In this document: positions 1 to 11,293 of the stretch, one piece after another | Numbering within the stretch: the first letter of the stretch is position 1 | Layout of the letters: every line of letters begins with the position of its first letter | Source of the DNA: Pseudomonadota bacterium | GTDB lineage: Bacteria; Pseudomonadota; Gammaproteobacteria; Eutrophobiales; Eutrophobiaceae | Direction: 5' to 3' | Assembly: GCA_013112535.1 (NCBI GenBank) | Contig: JABFGI010000001.1 | Coordinates: 306,414-370,413, forward strand | Length of the DNA: 64,000 nucleotides | Program-made: the position numbers and the translations under genes | Notes under the pieces: model-generated | Seen by the model: only the letters and a program-made list of their open reading frames with translations | The model's database searches: none | Told to the model about the DNA's origin: nothing

Positions 1-773
1 TTATTATTGATTCGCGAGAAAGTAACTGTTTGAGTATTGAAGAACAATTAATTGTTTCAGGCGCCAATTGTTTTAAAGCCAGAGGTGAGGAAGAAACTAA
101 AAATCTATTTCAACAGAATGAATTACCTGTGGCCATATTGATAGAAAGTGATTTGTTATTTTCAGGTGAAAAAATTAATACATTTTTACCGGATAATATC
201 GAGATGGATAACGTTATCTTATTAGTTAATCCAAAAGATATGGGTAAATATACAAAGCGGGCTAAAAATGCCGGAATAGAACACTTATTGATTAAACCGA
301 TTAAACGTAAAGAACTATTTGATGTTGTTGATAAAGCAATCAATAAACAAAGTGATAAGCAATCTGAAAATATCCAGCAAAATGATGAAAAAGGTGAAAT
401 GGAAGCTAAACATATATTGCTGGTTGAAGATAATCCCGATAATCGCATGCTAATTAAAGCGTATTTGAAAAAGACACCACATACTCTGGATGAAGCCGAA
501 AATGGTGCGATCGCTGTCGATATGTACAAGCAGAAAAAATATGATCTGGTTTTTATGGATGTACAGATGCCAGTGATGGATGGTCATGAATCGACGCGAC
601 AAATTCGATTATGGGAAAGTGAGCAGAGTAAGCCTAGAACTACAATTGTTTCACTGACAGCACATGCGATAAAAGAAGAAGTTGATAAATGTTTGGCGGC
701 TGGTTGTGATACACATTTATCTAAACCGATTAAAAAAGCAACTTTATTAAAGACAATTGAAAAAATGGCTTGA
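1..773 (+). CDS. Receiver-domain protein with tandem REC domains, 5'-truncated by the window edge; likely C-terminus of a hybrid sensor kinase or a response regulator
   Basis: Reading frame is open to position 3. Second domain has canonical REC motifs (LLVEDN, FMDVQMP phospho-Asp, LSKP). First domain is receiver-like but degenerate. Confidence 0.6.
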   Translation, partial: IIDSRESNCLSIEEQLIVSGANCFKARGEEETKNLFQQNELPVAILIESDLLFSGEKINTFLPDNIEMDNVILLVNPKDMGKYTKRAKNAGIEHLLIKPIKRKELFDVVDKAINKQSDKQSENIQQNDEKGEMEAKHILLVEDNPDNRMLIKAYLKKTPHTLDEAENGAIAVDMYKQKKYDLVFMDVQMPVMDGHESTRQIRLWESEQSKPRTTIVSLTAHAIKEEVDKCLAAGCDTHLSKPIKKATLLKTIEKMA

Positions 774-1010
774 ACGCTTTTTATAGCGTCGTAGAACAAC
801 GACGTAATAACATAAATACGCTATTTATCTTTCTTGGAAAATCAACTCAATAACTTTATCCGGATTTGTAAAAATCGTTGTAACTATTTGTTATTTAATG
901 AATTAAAAAAATAAGTTCGACTTGATACCGTGTCAAATATGCCGTATTTAGGCTATGGCATAGCGATTGCGATACATCATATTACACATCTACTTTAACA
1001 GAGATAAAAT

Positions 1011-1451
1011 ATGATGAAATTGTTTGGACTCAGGATTACTCCTTTTTTTCTGTTCATTCTCGGTTTGGAATGCCTGGCATTATTGGTGTCGATATATATA
1101 GGGGTTTTATTGTACCAGGATGCGTCTACCTCTATGGTTACTTTTGAATTAATGGATCGAACTTTTTATTCAGGTTTATTCCTTATTGTTCTTCTATCCA
1201 TTTTAACACCTGGTTTTTTTTACCAGACCAGAGTTATAAACCACGTTAAGAAATCAATTAATGAGAAAGCACTAGGAGTTCTAGGTGCATTAATTACAAT
1301 GATGCTTATTTTGTACACTCATACTTCAGGAGTCGATTCAAAAATACTTTTTGTTGCTGCATTATTAAGTGCATTTGTTGGACTGATAATTAGTCAAGCA
1401 AGCCTGCTTAGTAAATACTGGCGTTTTCTAATCCGCTCAGGAGTAAACTAG
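1011..1451 (+). CDS. Hypothetical integral membrane protein (about 4 hydrophobic helices)
   Basis: 146-aa ORF with long hydrophobic stretches; no recognisable family. Confidence 0.4.
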   Translation: MMKLFGLRITPFFLFILGLECLALLVSIYIGVLLYQDASTSMVTFELMDRTFYSGLFLIVLLSILTPGFFYQTRVINHVKKSINEKALGVLGALITMMLILYTHTSGVDSKILFVAALLSAFVGLIISQASLLSKYWRFLIRSGVN

Positions 1452-2038
1452 CGTATCAGTTTTGAAAGTGTTTTAAATTCGGGGTGAGAAGCATCCTTAA
1501 GCCATTCAAATAATACAGATTCAGTATTTATTAAAGAAGCACCTGCTTTGTTTAAACGCATTAATGCCATGTCGTAGTCTGCTAATTTACGAGAAGCAAT
1601 TGTATCTGTTATAACAAATACTTCGTATCCTTTTTTAATAAATTCTATAGCACTTTGTAATACACATATATGAGCTTCTATACCTGTCAGTATAATTTGT
1701 TTTTTATTAATCTGATTGAGATACTCGGGCAGTTGTTCTGCTCCAAGACAGGAAAAACAGGTTTTATCAAAATGCTTTGCTGAATTTTCAAGTTGATTAG
1801 AAATAAATTCTTCTATTGGTCCTAAACCTTTTGGGTATTGTGCTGTAGTGATAACCGGAACGTTTAACCGGTTTGCTGCTGTTAATAATATATCCATGTT
1901 TTTCCGCAAACGTGAAATTACTTTATCAGGCATAGCTGAACTCAATTTCATCTGCACATCAATAATTATCAGACAACAGTCATTAGCATCACATAAGTTA
2001 TAAGAATATTTTTGTGTTGTCATAATTACATCAACCAT
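1448..2038 (-). CDS. Isochorismatase-family cysteine hydrolase (YcaC-like)
   Basis: Family motifs LIIIDVQ, HICVLQSA and KGYEVFVITD. Overlaps or abuts the tolC stop, suggesting co-transcription. Confidence 0.75.
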   Translation of the reverse strand: MVDVIMTTQKYSYNLCDANDCCLIIIDVQMKLSSAMPDKVISRLRKNMDILLTAANRLNVPVITTAQYPKGLGPIEEFISNQLENSAKHFDKTCFSCLGAEQLPEYLNQINKKQIILTGIEAHICVLQSAIEFIKKGYEVFVITDTIASRKLADYDMALMRLNKAGASLINTESVLFEWLKDASHPEFKTLSKLIR

Positions 2039-3348
2039 CCATTAATCAGCTGAAGGTCTTCTGTAGATAAAGTGCCTGCGGCCTGTTTTAGCCTGAGTGT
2101 ATCCAGTATGTAATTATATTTTGCCTGACTATAGTTACGACGTGCTTCCGAGGTGGTTCGTTGTGAAGCAACAACATCGACTGCCGTACGTGTTCCCACT
2201 TCAAACCCGGCTTCAGTTGCTTCCAATGCAGTTTCACTTGAAACAACAGCCTGCTTTAATGCATTAACCTGACTAATGCCGGAAATAACACCCAAATAAG
2301 CCTGGCGAGTTAATCGTTGGGCAGAACGACGTGCTTGTTCAAGTACATGCATGGCAACATTGTAATTTTCATAAGCTTCTCGTGTTTGCGAACTGACCAG
2401 ACCACCTGAGTAGAGTGGAATGTTTAATTCCAGACCAATAGCCGAAGTATGTGTTTTGGTCGAGCCAAAACGGCCTCCGTTGGAGTCATAGCCATGTGAA
2501 CCGACCAAATCAAGTGTAGGGTAATGCCCGGCAGATTGACGTTTAATTTCATCTCTTGCTGTTTCTGTAGCATATCTTGCCGCAACCATGCCTAAATTTT
2601 GTTCCAAAGATAAAGACGTCCAACTTTCAATGGCTTCCGGATCGGGTCTTACCAGTGACATGTTGTCACCCAAAGCTGCGAAACTGGTAACATAGTCACC
2701 GGTCAATTCACGCATGGCTTCCTGAGCATTATCAATGGTATTGAGTGCAAGAATTTCCTGTGCAACAGCAAGATCGTATCCTGCTTGTGCTTCCTGAACG
2801 TCAGTAATAGCACTTAAACCTACTTCAAAACGTTGGTTTGCCTGTTCAAGCTGTCGGCCTAAAGACTTAACTTCGGCTTGTGCAAATTCAAGGTTGTCTT
2901 TTGCAGAAAGCACATCAAAGTAGCGTTCAGCAATACGAACTATTAAATCTTGCTGGGCTGCTGTAAGTTCGGCTTCAGCTTGTTTAATTTCACTGTCTGC
3001 CTGATCTAATGCGATAAAACGGTCACGTCTGAATATCGGTTGAGAAATATTTAAAGAGTATCCGCGACTATTATAATTTACTTCACCAGCCGAACCAAAT
3101 GCACTGCCAGAAGAAATATCCTGATCAAATCGCGTTGTGTCTGCGCTTAAACTGACAGTCGGCAATAATTGAGACATCGCTTGTGGTCGAGCTTCCAAAG
3201 TAGCCCGGTGAGAGGCGACTTCCTGTAAATACGTCGGATCATTTTTTTCTGCAAGTTTATAGACACTCAGCAAATCTGCTGCAATGCAATTTGCTGAAAA
3301 CAAGAGTGACGACAGTAATAGAGTCGTGTTGACACGTTTAATGTTCAT
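2026..3348 (-). CDS. tolC: TolC-family outer membrane channel
   Basis: 440 aa, signal peptide, two tandem OEP repeats with coiled-coil segments typical of TolC/OprM. Confidence 0.8.
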   Translation of the reverse strand: MNIKRVNTTLLLSSLLFSANCIAADLLSVYKLAEKNDPTYLQEVASHRATLEARPQAMSQLLPTVSLSADTTRFDQDISSGSAFGSAGEVNYNSRGYSLNISQPIFRRDRFIALDQADSEIKQAEAELTAAQQDLIVRIAERYFDVLSAKDNLEFAQAEVKSLGRQLEQANQRFEVGLSAITDVQEAQAGYDLAVAQEILALNTIDNAQEAMRELTGDYVTSFAALGDNMSLVRPDPEAIESWTSLSLEQNLGMVAARYATETARDEIKRQSAGHYPTLDLVGSHGYDSNGGRFGSTKTHTSAIGLELNIPLYSGGLVSSQTREAYENYNVAMHVLEQARRSAQRLTRQAYLGVISGISQVNALKQAVVSSETALEATEAGFEVGTRTAVDVVASQRTTSEARRNYSQAKYNYILDTLRLKQAAGTLSTEDLQLINGWLM

Positions 3349-3398
3349 AAAAAGACGTTCTGTTTTTAATTATTATGTTACGAAAATATCAGGTAATG

Positions 3399-3716
3399 TC
3401 AGTACTGGGCCATATCTGCATCTACAGTTTTGGCCCAGACATCAACACCACCTTCAAGATTCGCAATATTACCGTAACCGTTACCTTCCAGATAACTGGC
3501 TACCTGAAAACTACGCATACCATGATGACAAATTACTACAGTTTCATCATATTTCTCAAGTTCATCGAGTATACGCTGAATATTAGACATACTTATATTT
3601 ATAGAGCCTTCTATATGACAAGTTTCATATTCCCAGGTTTCACGTACATCTAATAAAACAGGTTTTTCTCCTGCATCAAGTTTAGATTTAAGCTCCTCAG
3701 CAGAGAGTGACTTCAT
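3399..3716 (-). CDS. Single-domain rhodanese (GlpE-like sulfurtransferase)
   Basis: 105 aa with the active-site loop CHHGMRS of rhodanese. Confidence 0.75.
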   Translation of the reverse strand: MKSLSAEELKSKLDAGEKPVLLDVRETWEYETCHIEGSINISMSNIQRILDELEKYDETVVICHHGMRSFQVASYLEGNGYGNIANLEGGVDVWAKTVDADMAQY

Positions 3717-3720
3717 TTAT

Positions 3721-4374
3721 TTAGAACTCAAATACTTCTTTTTGTTCCGAACCAATTAAAGCAGGTAGTTCTGTATCGAAAATACTTTCTATTGTGTAAT
3801 CAGAACTATTTTGTTTTGATACGACACATGCTTCCATTGCCGGTGAATCTCCAATAATGGCAAATAGTCGGCCGTTATCATTTAATAAGTTTAAAAATCG
3901 CTCATCCATTTTTGGTAAAGATGCAGTTAAGACCAACACATCGTATTTATCTTTCTGCTCTAGTAAGCTATAGACATCTGCACTTTCAAGCTCAATATTA
4001 GTGAGTCCTGTTTTTATAATCTTGTCATTTGCAGAAGTAATAAAGTCTGGATAGATGTCGATACTCACAACCTGCTTCGCAGACTTTGCCATAAGTGTCG
4101 TTAAGTATCCGCAACCTGTACCAATCTCCAGTACTGTTTCATTGGATTTCAATTTCAACGATTGTAAAAGTCGAGCTTCAACTTTCGGTGTCATGGTAGC
4201 TTGGTCATGGCCAATAGGAATATTGATGTCCGCAAAGGCGAGTTCTCGATAATTGTCAGGAATAAAGTCCTCACGATGAATCTCGTTCAAAAGTCCCAGA
4301 ACGTCCAAATCAAGAACTTCCCAGGGTCGGATTTGTTGTTCAATCATATTTGATCGAGCTTGTTCTATATCCAT
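3721..4374 (-). CDS. Protein-L-isoaspartate O-methyltransferase (PIMT) family methyltransferase, paralog of pcm
   Basis: SAM-binding motif VLEIGTGCGYLT and overall PIMT-like layout. Distinct from the canonical pcm at 33526. Confidence 0.7.
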   Translation of the reverse strand: MDIEQARSNMIEQQIRPWEVLDLDVLGLLNEIHREDFIPDNYRELAFADINIPIGHDQATMTPKVEARLLQSLKLKSNETVLEIGTGCGYLTTLMAKSAKQVVSIDIYPDFITSANDKIIKTGLTNIELESADVYSLLEQKDKYDVLVLTASLPKMDERFLNLLNDNGRLFAIIGDSPAMEACVVSKQNSSDYTIESIFDTELPALIGSEQKEVFEF

Positions 4375-4424
4375 AATTATTTTCTCTGAAAATTGTTGTA
4401 GTTAGTAATCGTATTATATAGCAT

Positions 4425-6445
<2,021 letters not shown>

Positions 6446-6565
6446 GAGTTAAGCATGAAATAGGAGAAACTTACCTGAAGAACCACAATAATTTGTGATA
6501 TTTATGAGGATAGTTTCAAATTCATCTTGAATTGTACGAAAAATATCGTACAATTAGGGGCGTAA

Positions 6566-6862
6566 ATGGGATTTACAGATGCTAAACGACAAGTTATCAA
6601 TTGTCTAAATAAAGGACAATACTCTCATGAAGCGAGAGGTAATATTGATATCAAGAACTTGTTGGCAACAGGGGATGTTACGCCAGAAGACGTGGCAACA
6701 ATTCTTGGGCGCTCCAGAGGGAATGAGTATTCCTGTAGTCCTCATGATTACGATAGCAGTGTTGATGTGCATATCGTAAAGACAACACATCAAGGCATTA
6801 ACTGGTATATAAAGTGGTATTTTATTGAGCCTGATGTGGTTTTTATTAGCGTTCATCCTTGA
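6566..6862 (+). CDS. MqsR-family type II toxin-like protein (98 aa)
   Basis: Same length as E. coli MqsR. Colinear similarity: LNKGQ, ILGRSRGNEY vs IIGLSESDFY, YIKWYFIEPDVVFISVH vs YLKITVIHDVLIVSFKE. Overlaps the downstream gene by 4 nt. Confidence 0.7.
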   Translation: MGFTDAKRQVINCLNKGQYSHEARGNIDIKNLLATGDVTPEDVATILGRSRGNEYSCSPHDYDSSVDVHIVKTTHQGINWYIKWYFIEPDVVFISVHP

Positions 6863-7464
6863 GGTTAATTATGAAAATTCTAAAAGTCGGTGACACACAA
6901 AAAGCAGGGTGTTACCAATGCAAGAAAATTCAACCAGTGACCTTTCAGTTAAGAGATGTACCTTTTAGTGATGGTAGTGACATTGTAAAAGATGTATTGG
7001 TCGGAGTGTGTGATAAATGTGATTCTGTTGTATTACTACCGAGTCAATCTACTCCCTCAGTTAAAAAGCAGTTGGAAAAACAACGTAAACCACTTGAAAG
7101 CCGCTTGCCAGCACACATGATTGATATTCTTAATATGGCAAGTTTTACGATAGGCGCATCGACTGACTTTAATTCAAATTTAATAAAATATTATATACAT
7201 GCTTTATCAACAGAGCAGATTTCGCCAAAAGGTGTTGCCAGGTATTTAAATGCAGAGTTATTCAAAGGTAAATCACAAAAGCGACTTTCAATCAAAGGAC
7301 GTATGGTTGCAGATGAACTGAGTCGATTAAAAGAAATAACGCATATCGAAAGCACGTCTGATTTATTAAAAGGTATTATACTAAAAATCAATGATGATAT
7401 TTTAATTCACAAAAATAAAAAAAGAATTGAGCAACTAAAAACAATTATTTCTGCGACGGTATAA
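6859..7464 (+). CDS. MqsA-like antitoxin: N-terminal CxxC...CxxC zinc ribbon fused to an uncharacterised ~130-aa C-terminal domain
   Basis: N-terminus CYQCKK...TFQLRD...CDKCDS parallels the MqsA CPVCHQ...TFRGRK...CVHCEES. C-terminus is not a recognisable HTH-XRE domain. Confidence 0.55.
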   Translation: MRLIMKILKVGDTQKAGCYQCKKIQPVTFQLRDVPFSDGSDIVKDVLVGVCDKCDSVVLLPSQSTPSVKKQLEKQRKPLESRLPAHMIDILNMASFTIGASTDFNSNLIKYYIHALSTEQISPKGVARYLNAELFKGKSQKRLSIKGRMVADELSRLKEITHIESTSDLLKGIILKINDDILIHKNKKRIEQLKTIISATV

Positions 7465-7477
7465 AAATTTGTAAGAG

Positions 7478-7598
7478 GTCAGAGATTATGCAGATGAACA
7501 AGGTTTGGAAAATATGGATGAAGCGATTGAGAAAGGCATGGATGACATGTCAAAAGAGTTTAAAGAAAAGGGTAGTGAGATTTATAACAAACTTTAAA
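7478..7598 (+). repeat. Direct repeat copy 2: degenerate duplicate of the last 38 codons of thiC plus its stop
   Basis: Encodes [38 protein letters not shown], differing from the ThiC tail mostly by synonymous changes. No start codon or 5' part. Confidence 0.8.
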
Positions 7599-7751
7599 GA
7601 TTATGGATGACATCAATAGAGAAAATGAAAGGACTCAGGAACCTTCTAAAAGGTCTTTGTTAAAATATATTTCTTTAAATTTAATATTAACAATTCCGGC
7701 TGTATTTTTTTTATAACATTACTTTTTTATTATTTACTTGGTTCTGTAGAT

Positions 7752-8063
7752 GTGCATAGATCTAATTCTGATTACTCAAAACGCCCGGCTATTAATATTG
7801 CTATTCAAGAAATTGAAACTAACAATATATTTAAAAAGTTATTGGGAGATAATGTAAAAGCAGATTATGATAAAAATAGTAATATAAAATTTCTTGGTTC
7901 AGATGAACGAGTGTCCTTTAAAATTAGAGCGACAGGAAACATCAAGCAAAAAATATTATATGTTCATGCGATTAATAACAATCAATATGGGTGGTCAATA
8001 GAGACAGTAAAGACTAGAGATGAAAATCAAATGATTACTTTATATTCTTCCAGAAATCAATAG
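7752..8063 (+). CDS. Hypothetical protein, no recognisable family
   Basis: 103-aa ORF in an AT-rich stretch next to the thiC-associated islet. Confidence 0.35.
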   Translation: MHRSNSDYSKRPAINIAIQEIETNNIFKKLLGDNVKADYDKNSNIKFLGSDERVSFKIRATGNIKQKILYVHAINNNQYGWSIETVKTRDENQMITLYSSRNQ

Positions 8064-8065
8064 GG

Positions 8066-9514
8066 TCAGTTTCGGTTGAAAATAGTATGAGTACGTTGAC
8101 AAATTAATATTGCAAGAACAGCTAAAACAAATCCCGGTACTAATTCATAAAGATCAAACAACCAATATTCAGAAGTAATATTCTTCCATACAATTACGGT
8201 AATGCCACCAGTTAACATACCAACGAGTGCCGCATTACGTGACATGTTTTTCCAATAAAGTGATAAAAGAATAACCGGGCCGAAGGTGGCGCCGAAACCT
8301 GCCCAGGCATAGGCCACCAGATCCAATACATTGTTGTCTGGTTGTAAAGCGAGTGCAGTTGCAAAGAGTGTTAGTACAACAACGGCTACTCTACCGAATA
8401 GCATTAACTGTTTGTCGGTTACTTTTATATTAATAATTTTATAAATGTCTTCCGTTAAGGCCGATGACGCGACCAGTAATTGTGAATCAGCCGTACTCAT
8501 AATGGCAGCGAGAATTGCGGCTAAACAAATACCGGCGGGCAGGGGGTGTAACAATAATTGTAACAACTCGATAAATACCTTTTCACTATCGCTGGCCTGT
8601 AATTGATTTCCTAATAAAGCGATACCGGCAAAACCAATTAATAATGCGCTGATTAATCCAATTGCTGTCCAGTAAATAGCAATCGTACGTGCTTGCGGGA
8701 TCATTTTTTCAGATTTTATTGCCATAAAACGAACCAGTATGTGCGGTTGTCCGAAGTAGCCGAGTCCCCATGCTAGTAGAGAAATAATACCAATAAATCC
8801 TAATGGGCCATTCGTTATGCTGGTGAAGGGATTGACTAAGTCAGTGTTAATAATTGATATCCAGTTAAATAAAGCTTCAAACCCATGAAGGCTGTAAATG
8901 GAAATGAAAGCCACATAGCTCAATGCCAATGCCATTAATAATCCCTGTATCAGGTCGGTCCACGACACAGCGAGAAAACCACCAAGGCAAGTGTAGATAA
9001 GAATGGTTAGTGCGCCAATGATGACGGCCCATTGATAGGAAAGGCCAAAGACAGATTCGAATAACTTGCCGCCAGCGACCAGTCCTGAACTGGTATAAAA
9101 AAAATAAAATATAAGAATAAAAATTGCAGAAACAAGTCGTAATAGATGTGATGAATCATTAAAACGGTATTCAAGGTATTCCGGAACTGTTAATGCGTTG
9201 TTTAATGTTTGCGTCTGAACTCGTAAACGTGGCGCAACAAAATACCAGTTCATACAGGTGCCAATATACAAACCAATTGCGATCCATATCGCTTCTAATC
9301 CAGCAAGGTAGGCATAACCGGGAAGTCCTAATAATAACCATCCACTCATGTCAGATGCCCCCGCACTAATTGCCGTCGTCCATTTCCCCAGTTTCCTGCC
9401 ACCAAGAATATAGTCCGATTGACACTGTGTGCGTCGTAAGCCAATCCAGCCAATAGTAAAAATCAAGACGAGATAAATGCCAAAGGTAATAAAAATAATG
9501 CTTTGATCGGTCAT
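8066..9514 (-). CDS. SSS-family sodium:solute symporter (PutP-like)
   Basis: N-terminus closely parallels PutP (DYILGGR...ALSAGASDMSGWLLLGLPG); about 13 TM segments. Confidence 0.8.
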   Translation of the reverse strand: MTDQSIIFITFGIYLVLIFTIGWIGLRRTQCQSDYILGGRKLGKWTTAISAGASDMSGWLLLGLPGYAYLAGLEAIWIAIGLYIGTCMNWYFVAPRLRVQTQTLNNALTVPEYLEYRFNDSSHLLRLVSAIFILIFYFFYTSSGLVAGGKLFESVFGLSYQWAVIIGALTILIYTCLGGFLAVSWTDLIQGLLMALALSYVAFISIYSLHGFEALFNWISIINTDLVNPFTSITNGPLGFIGIISLLAWGLGYFGQPHILVRFMAIKSEKMIPQARTIAIYWTAIGLISALLIGFAGIALLGNQLQASDSEKVFIELLQLLLHPLPAGICLAAILAAIMSTADSQLLVASSALTEDIYKIINIKVTDKQLMLFGRVAVVVLTLFATALALQPDNNVLDLVAYAWAGFGATFGPVILLSLYWKNMSRNAALVGMLTGGITVIVWKNITSEYWLFDLYELVPGFVLAVLAILICQRTHTIFNRN

Positions 9515-9545
9515 CGGTCTTTTTGATTAAACAATGTATATCGTG

Positions 9546-10364
9546 CTAATCATGAATCACAAATTCCGAGTTTTTTATTTTTTCATTCAATCTAATTAAT
9601 ATCGATTTTCCAGTTTTGTTACCCATAACAGACTGTATCGGATCTTCGTCAGGGAAACGGACAATCCACTGACGTAATAAGCGTGATAACTGAAGTTTTT
9701 CAGATTGTGTGAAATGCCACTTCTCGATGAAATAGTGATAATGCTCTGGATTAGAATTAATTGAGCTGATTTCACTGGATAAAGGTTTAAGGCATTCAAT
9801 CAGGTTTTCTATTATTTGCATCTGGGCCGCAATAATTTTTTTTACTTTATCAGCATTGACTGTTGAAGTCGTTTGTTCAGCATTATCTGAAACAACTTTC
9901 AAGCAATGAATTAACTCAGTCGTACCTAAACGTATTGCCATTTGGTAAAAAGCTGATGCTTCCATATCAAACAAGGCATCCTGATATTCTGTTGAAGGTT
10001 TATCCAGTGTGATTAAACTTGTGCTTTCACATGGCGATTTAAATATAACTTGTGGATACCAGCTAGTATTGTCATGTTCATCTGTAATTTTGTTGACTAA
10101 ACGAATATCTCCTACGGCAATGTTAGCGTGTCCGGCAATACCAATGTTTAACCAGATATCAGAGTTGCATGTATTAATGCATGCATGATGATAACTGACT
10201 GCAGATGCAGCATTAATTTTTCCGACGCTTGTTATAGTTAGACTTATTTCTTTATCTTTCGATTGATAGATGCGAAACAAATCAAACTGTTTTAACTCAG
10301 TTAATTTAAAGTGTTGAATCAGTGGTTGGGCTTCGCAGTGCAGGGCGCAGAAAATATGGATCAT
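9546..10364 (-). CDS. PNP_UDP_1 (MTA/SAH-nucleosidase-like) phosphorylase/nucleosidase family protein with a ~90-aa C-terminal extension
   Basis: GIAG and DMEA motifs characteristic of Pfs/MTAN-type nucleosidases. 16 nt downstream of the GT2 gene. Confidence 0.6.
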   Translation of the reverse strand: MIHIFCALHCEAQPLIQHFKLTELKQFDLFRIYQSKDKEISLTITSVGKINAASAVSYHHACINTCNSDIWLNIGIAGHANIAVGDIRLVNKITDEHDNTSWYPQVIFKSPCESTSLITLDKPSTEYQDALFDMEASAFYQMAIRLGTTELIHCLKVVSDNAEQTTSTVNADKVKKIIAAQMQIIENLIECLKPLSSEISSINSNPEHYHYFIEKWHFTQSEKLQLSRLLRQWIVRFPDEDPIQSVMGNKTGKSILIRLNEKIKNSEFVIHD

Positions 10365-10379
10365 GATGTCTTGTAGTTA

Positions 10380-11213
10380 TCAGGCATATTGCTTTGTATG
10401 TTGTATTAACAGGGCTTTAAATTTTTCACAATATTCATTATCGCCATGTTTTTCAGCACCTTTCAAAAAAATTGTTATCTTATGTTGTAACATCTTTATT
10501 GCAGCTTGCCTGTCATCATCGTTTAGATTATTTGATTGAATGCTTTTATCTAAAGCAAGAATACGAAAACGATCCATGCCCCAGTGCTGTCGCGATAATT
10601 GATCATTATGACCACCAAATTTATTGATTAATGCTTCGTCAATAAATAATACGGGATACTTGCTGCAAATACGTAACCACATATCGTAATCTTCGCATGC
10701 AAGTAAATCTTTATCAAATAAGCCGACTTCATCAAATAGTTTTTTATTAATCATGACAGAAGAAGGCGAGATAACACAAAGAGGCAAGCAATGTTGAAAA
10801 ATATTGCCACCACGTTTTTCATGTTTCTTCCCCTGATTCAAAATTACGCCATTTCTGATCCATGTTTCATTGGTATGACAAATTAAGTAATCCGGATTTT
10901 TATTAAGTGCTTCTATTTGTTTTTCTAATTTGTTTTCTAGCCAGATGTCATCTGAATCGAGCAAACATATCCAGTTTCCCTGTGCTATTTTTATACCGTT
11001 GTTACGTGCCGCACTCACACCTTGATTAGTTTGCGAAATGAGTTTTATTTGTGGATATCGTGATTCAATTAATTGTTGTGTTTCATCTGTCGAGCCATCA
11101 TCAACAATAATTATCTCATCCGCAGCATGAGATTGAGCTAAAACAGAATCAATTGCCCCAGGCAAAACCGAAGCTCGATTGTATGTTGGAATAATGACTG
11201 AAATTTTATACAT
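10380..11213 (-). CDS. Family 2 glycosyltransferase
   Basis: SVIIPTYN...DDGSTDET...DSDD motifs of GT-A fold GT2 enzymes. Confidence 0.8.
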   Translation of the reverse strand: MYKISVIIPTYNRASVLPGAIDSVLAQSHAADEIIIVDDGSTDETQQLIESRYPQIKLISQTNQGVSAARNNGIKIAQGNWICLLDSDDIWLENKLEKQIEALNKNPDYLICHTNETWIRNGVILNQGKKHEKRGGNIFQHCLPLCVISPSSVMINKKLFDEVGLFDKDLLACEDYDMWLRICSKYPVLFIDEALINKFGGHNDQLSRQHWGMDRFRILALDKSIQSNNLNDDDRQAAIKMLQHKITIFLKGAEKHGDNEYCEKFKALLIQHTKQYA

Positions 11214-11293
11214 AGCTAAATCTTGAGTTTACAGTGAACAGGTTTAGAATAGCGCGCACACGATAAACGACTTAAATTATAATTGAAACATCT

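Noticed and set aside
110-799. Minus-strand ORFs (139 aa and 71 aa) inside the receiver-domain gene
   Set aside because: Antisense to a gene with clear REC-domain motifs. Hydrophobic low-complexity translations are typical of shadow ORFs in AT-rich DNA.
3284-3653. Plus-strand ORFs of 100 and 92 aa
   Set aside because: Antisense to the tolC 5' end and the rhodanese gene. No homology signals.
7478-7598. Considered the second thiC-tail copy as an independent small gene
   Set aside because: It has no start codon or ribosome-binding site and is simply the 3' 38 codons of thiC. Interpreted as an integration-derived remnant.
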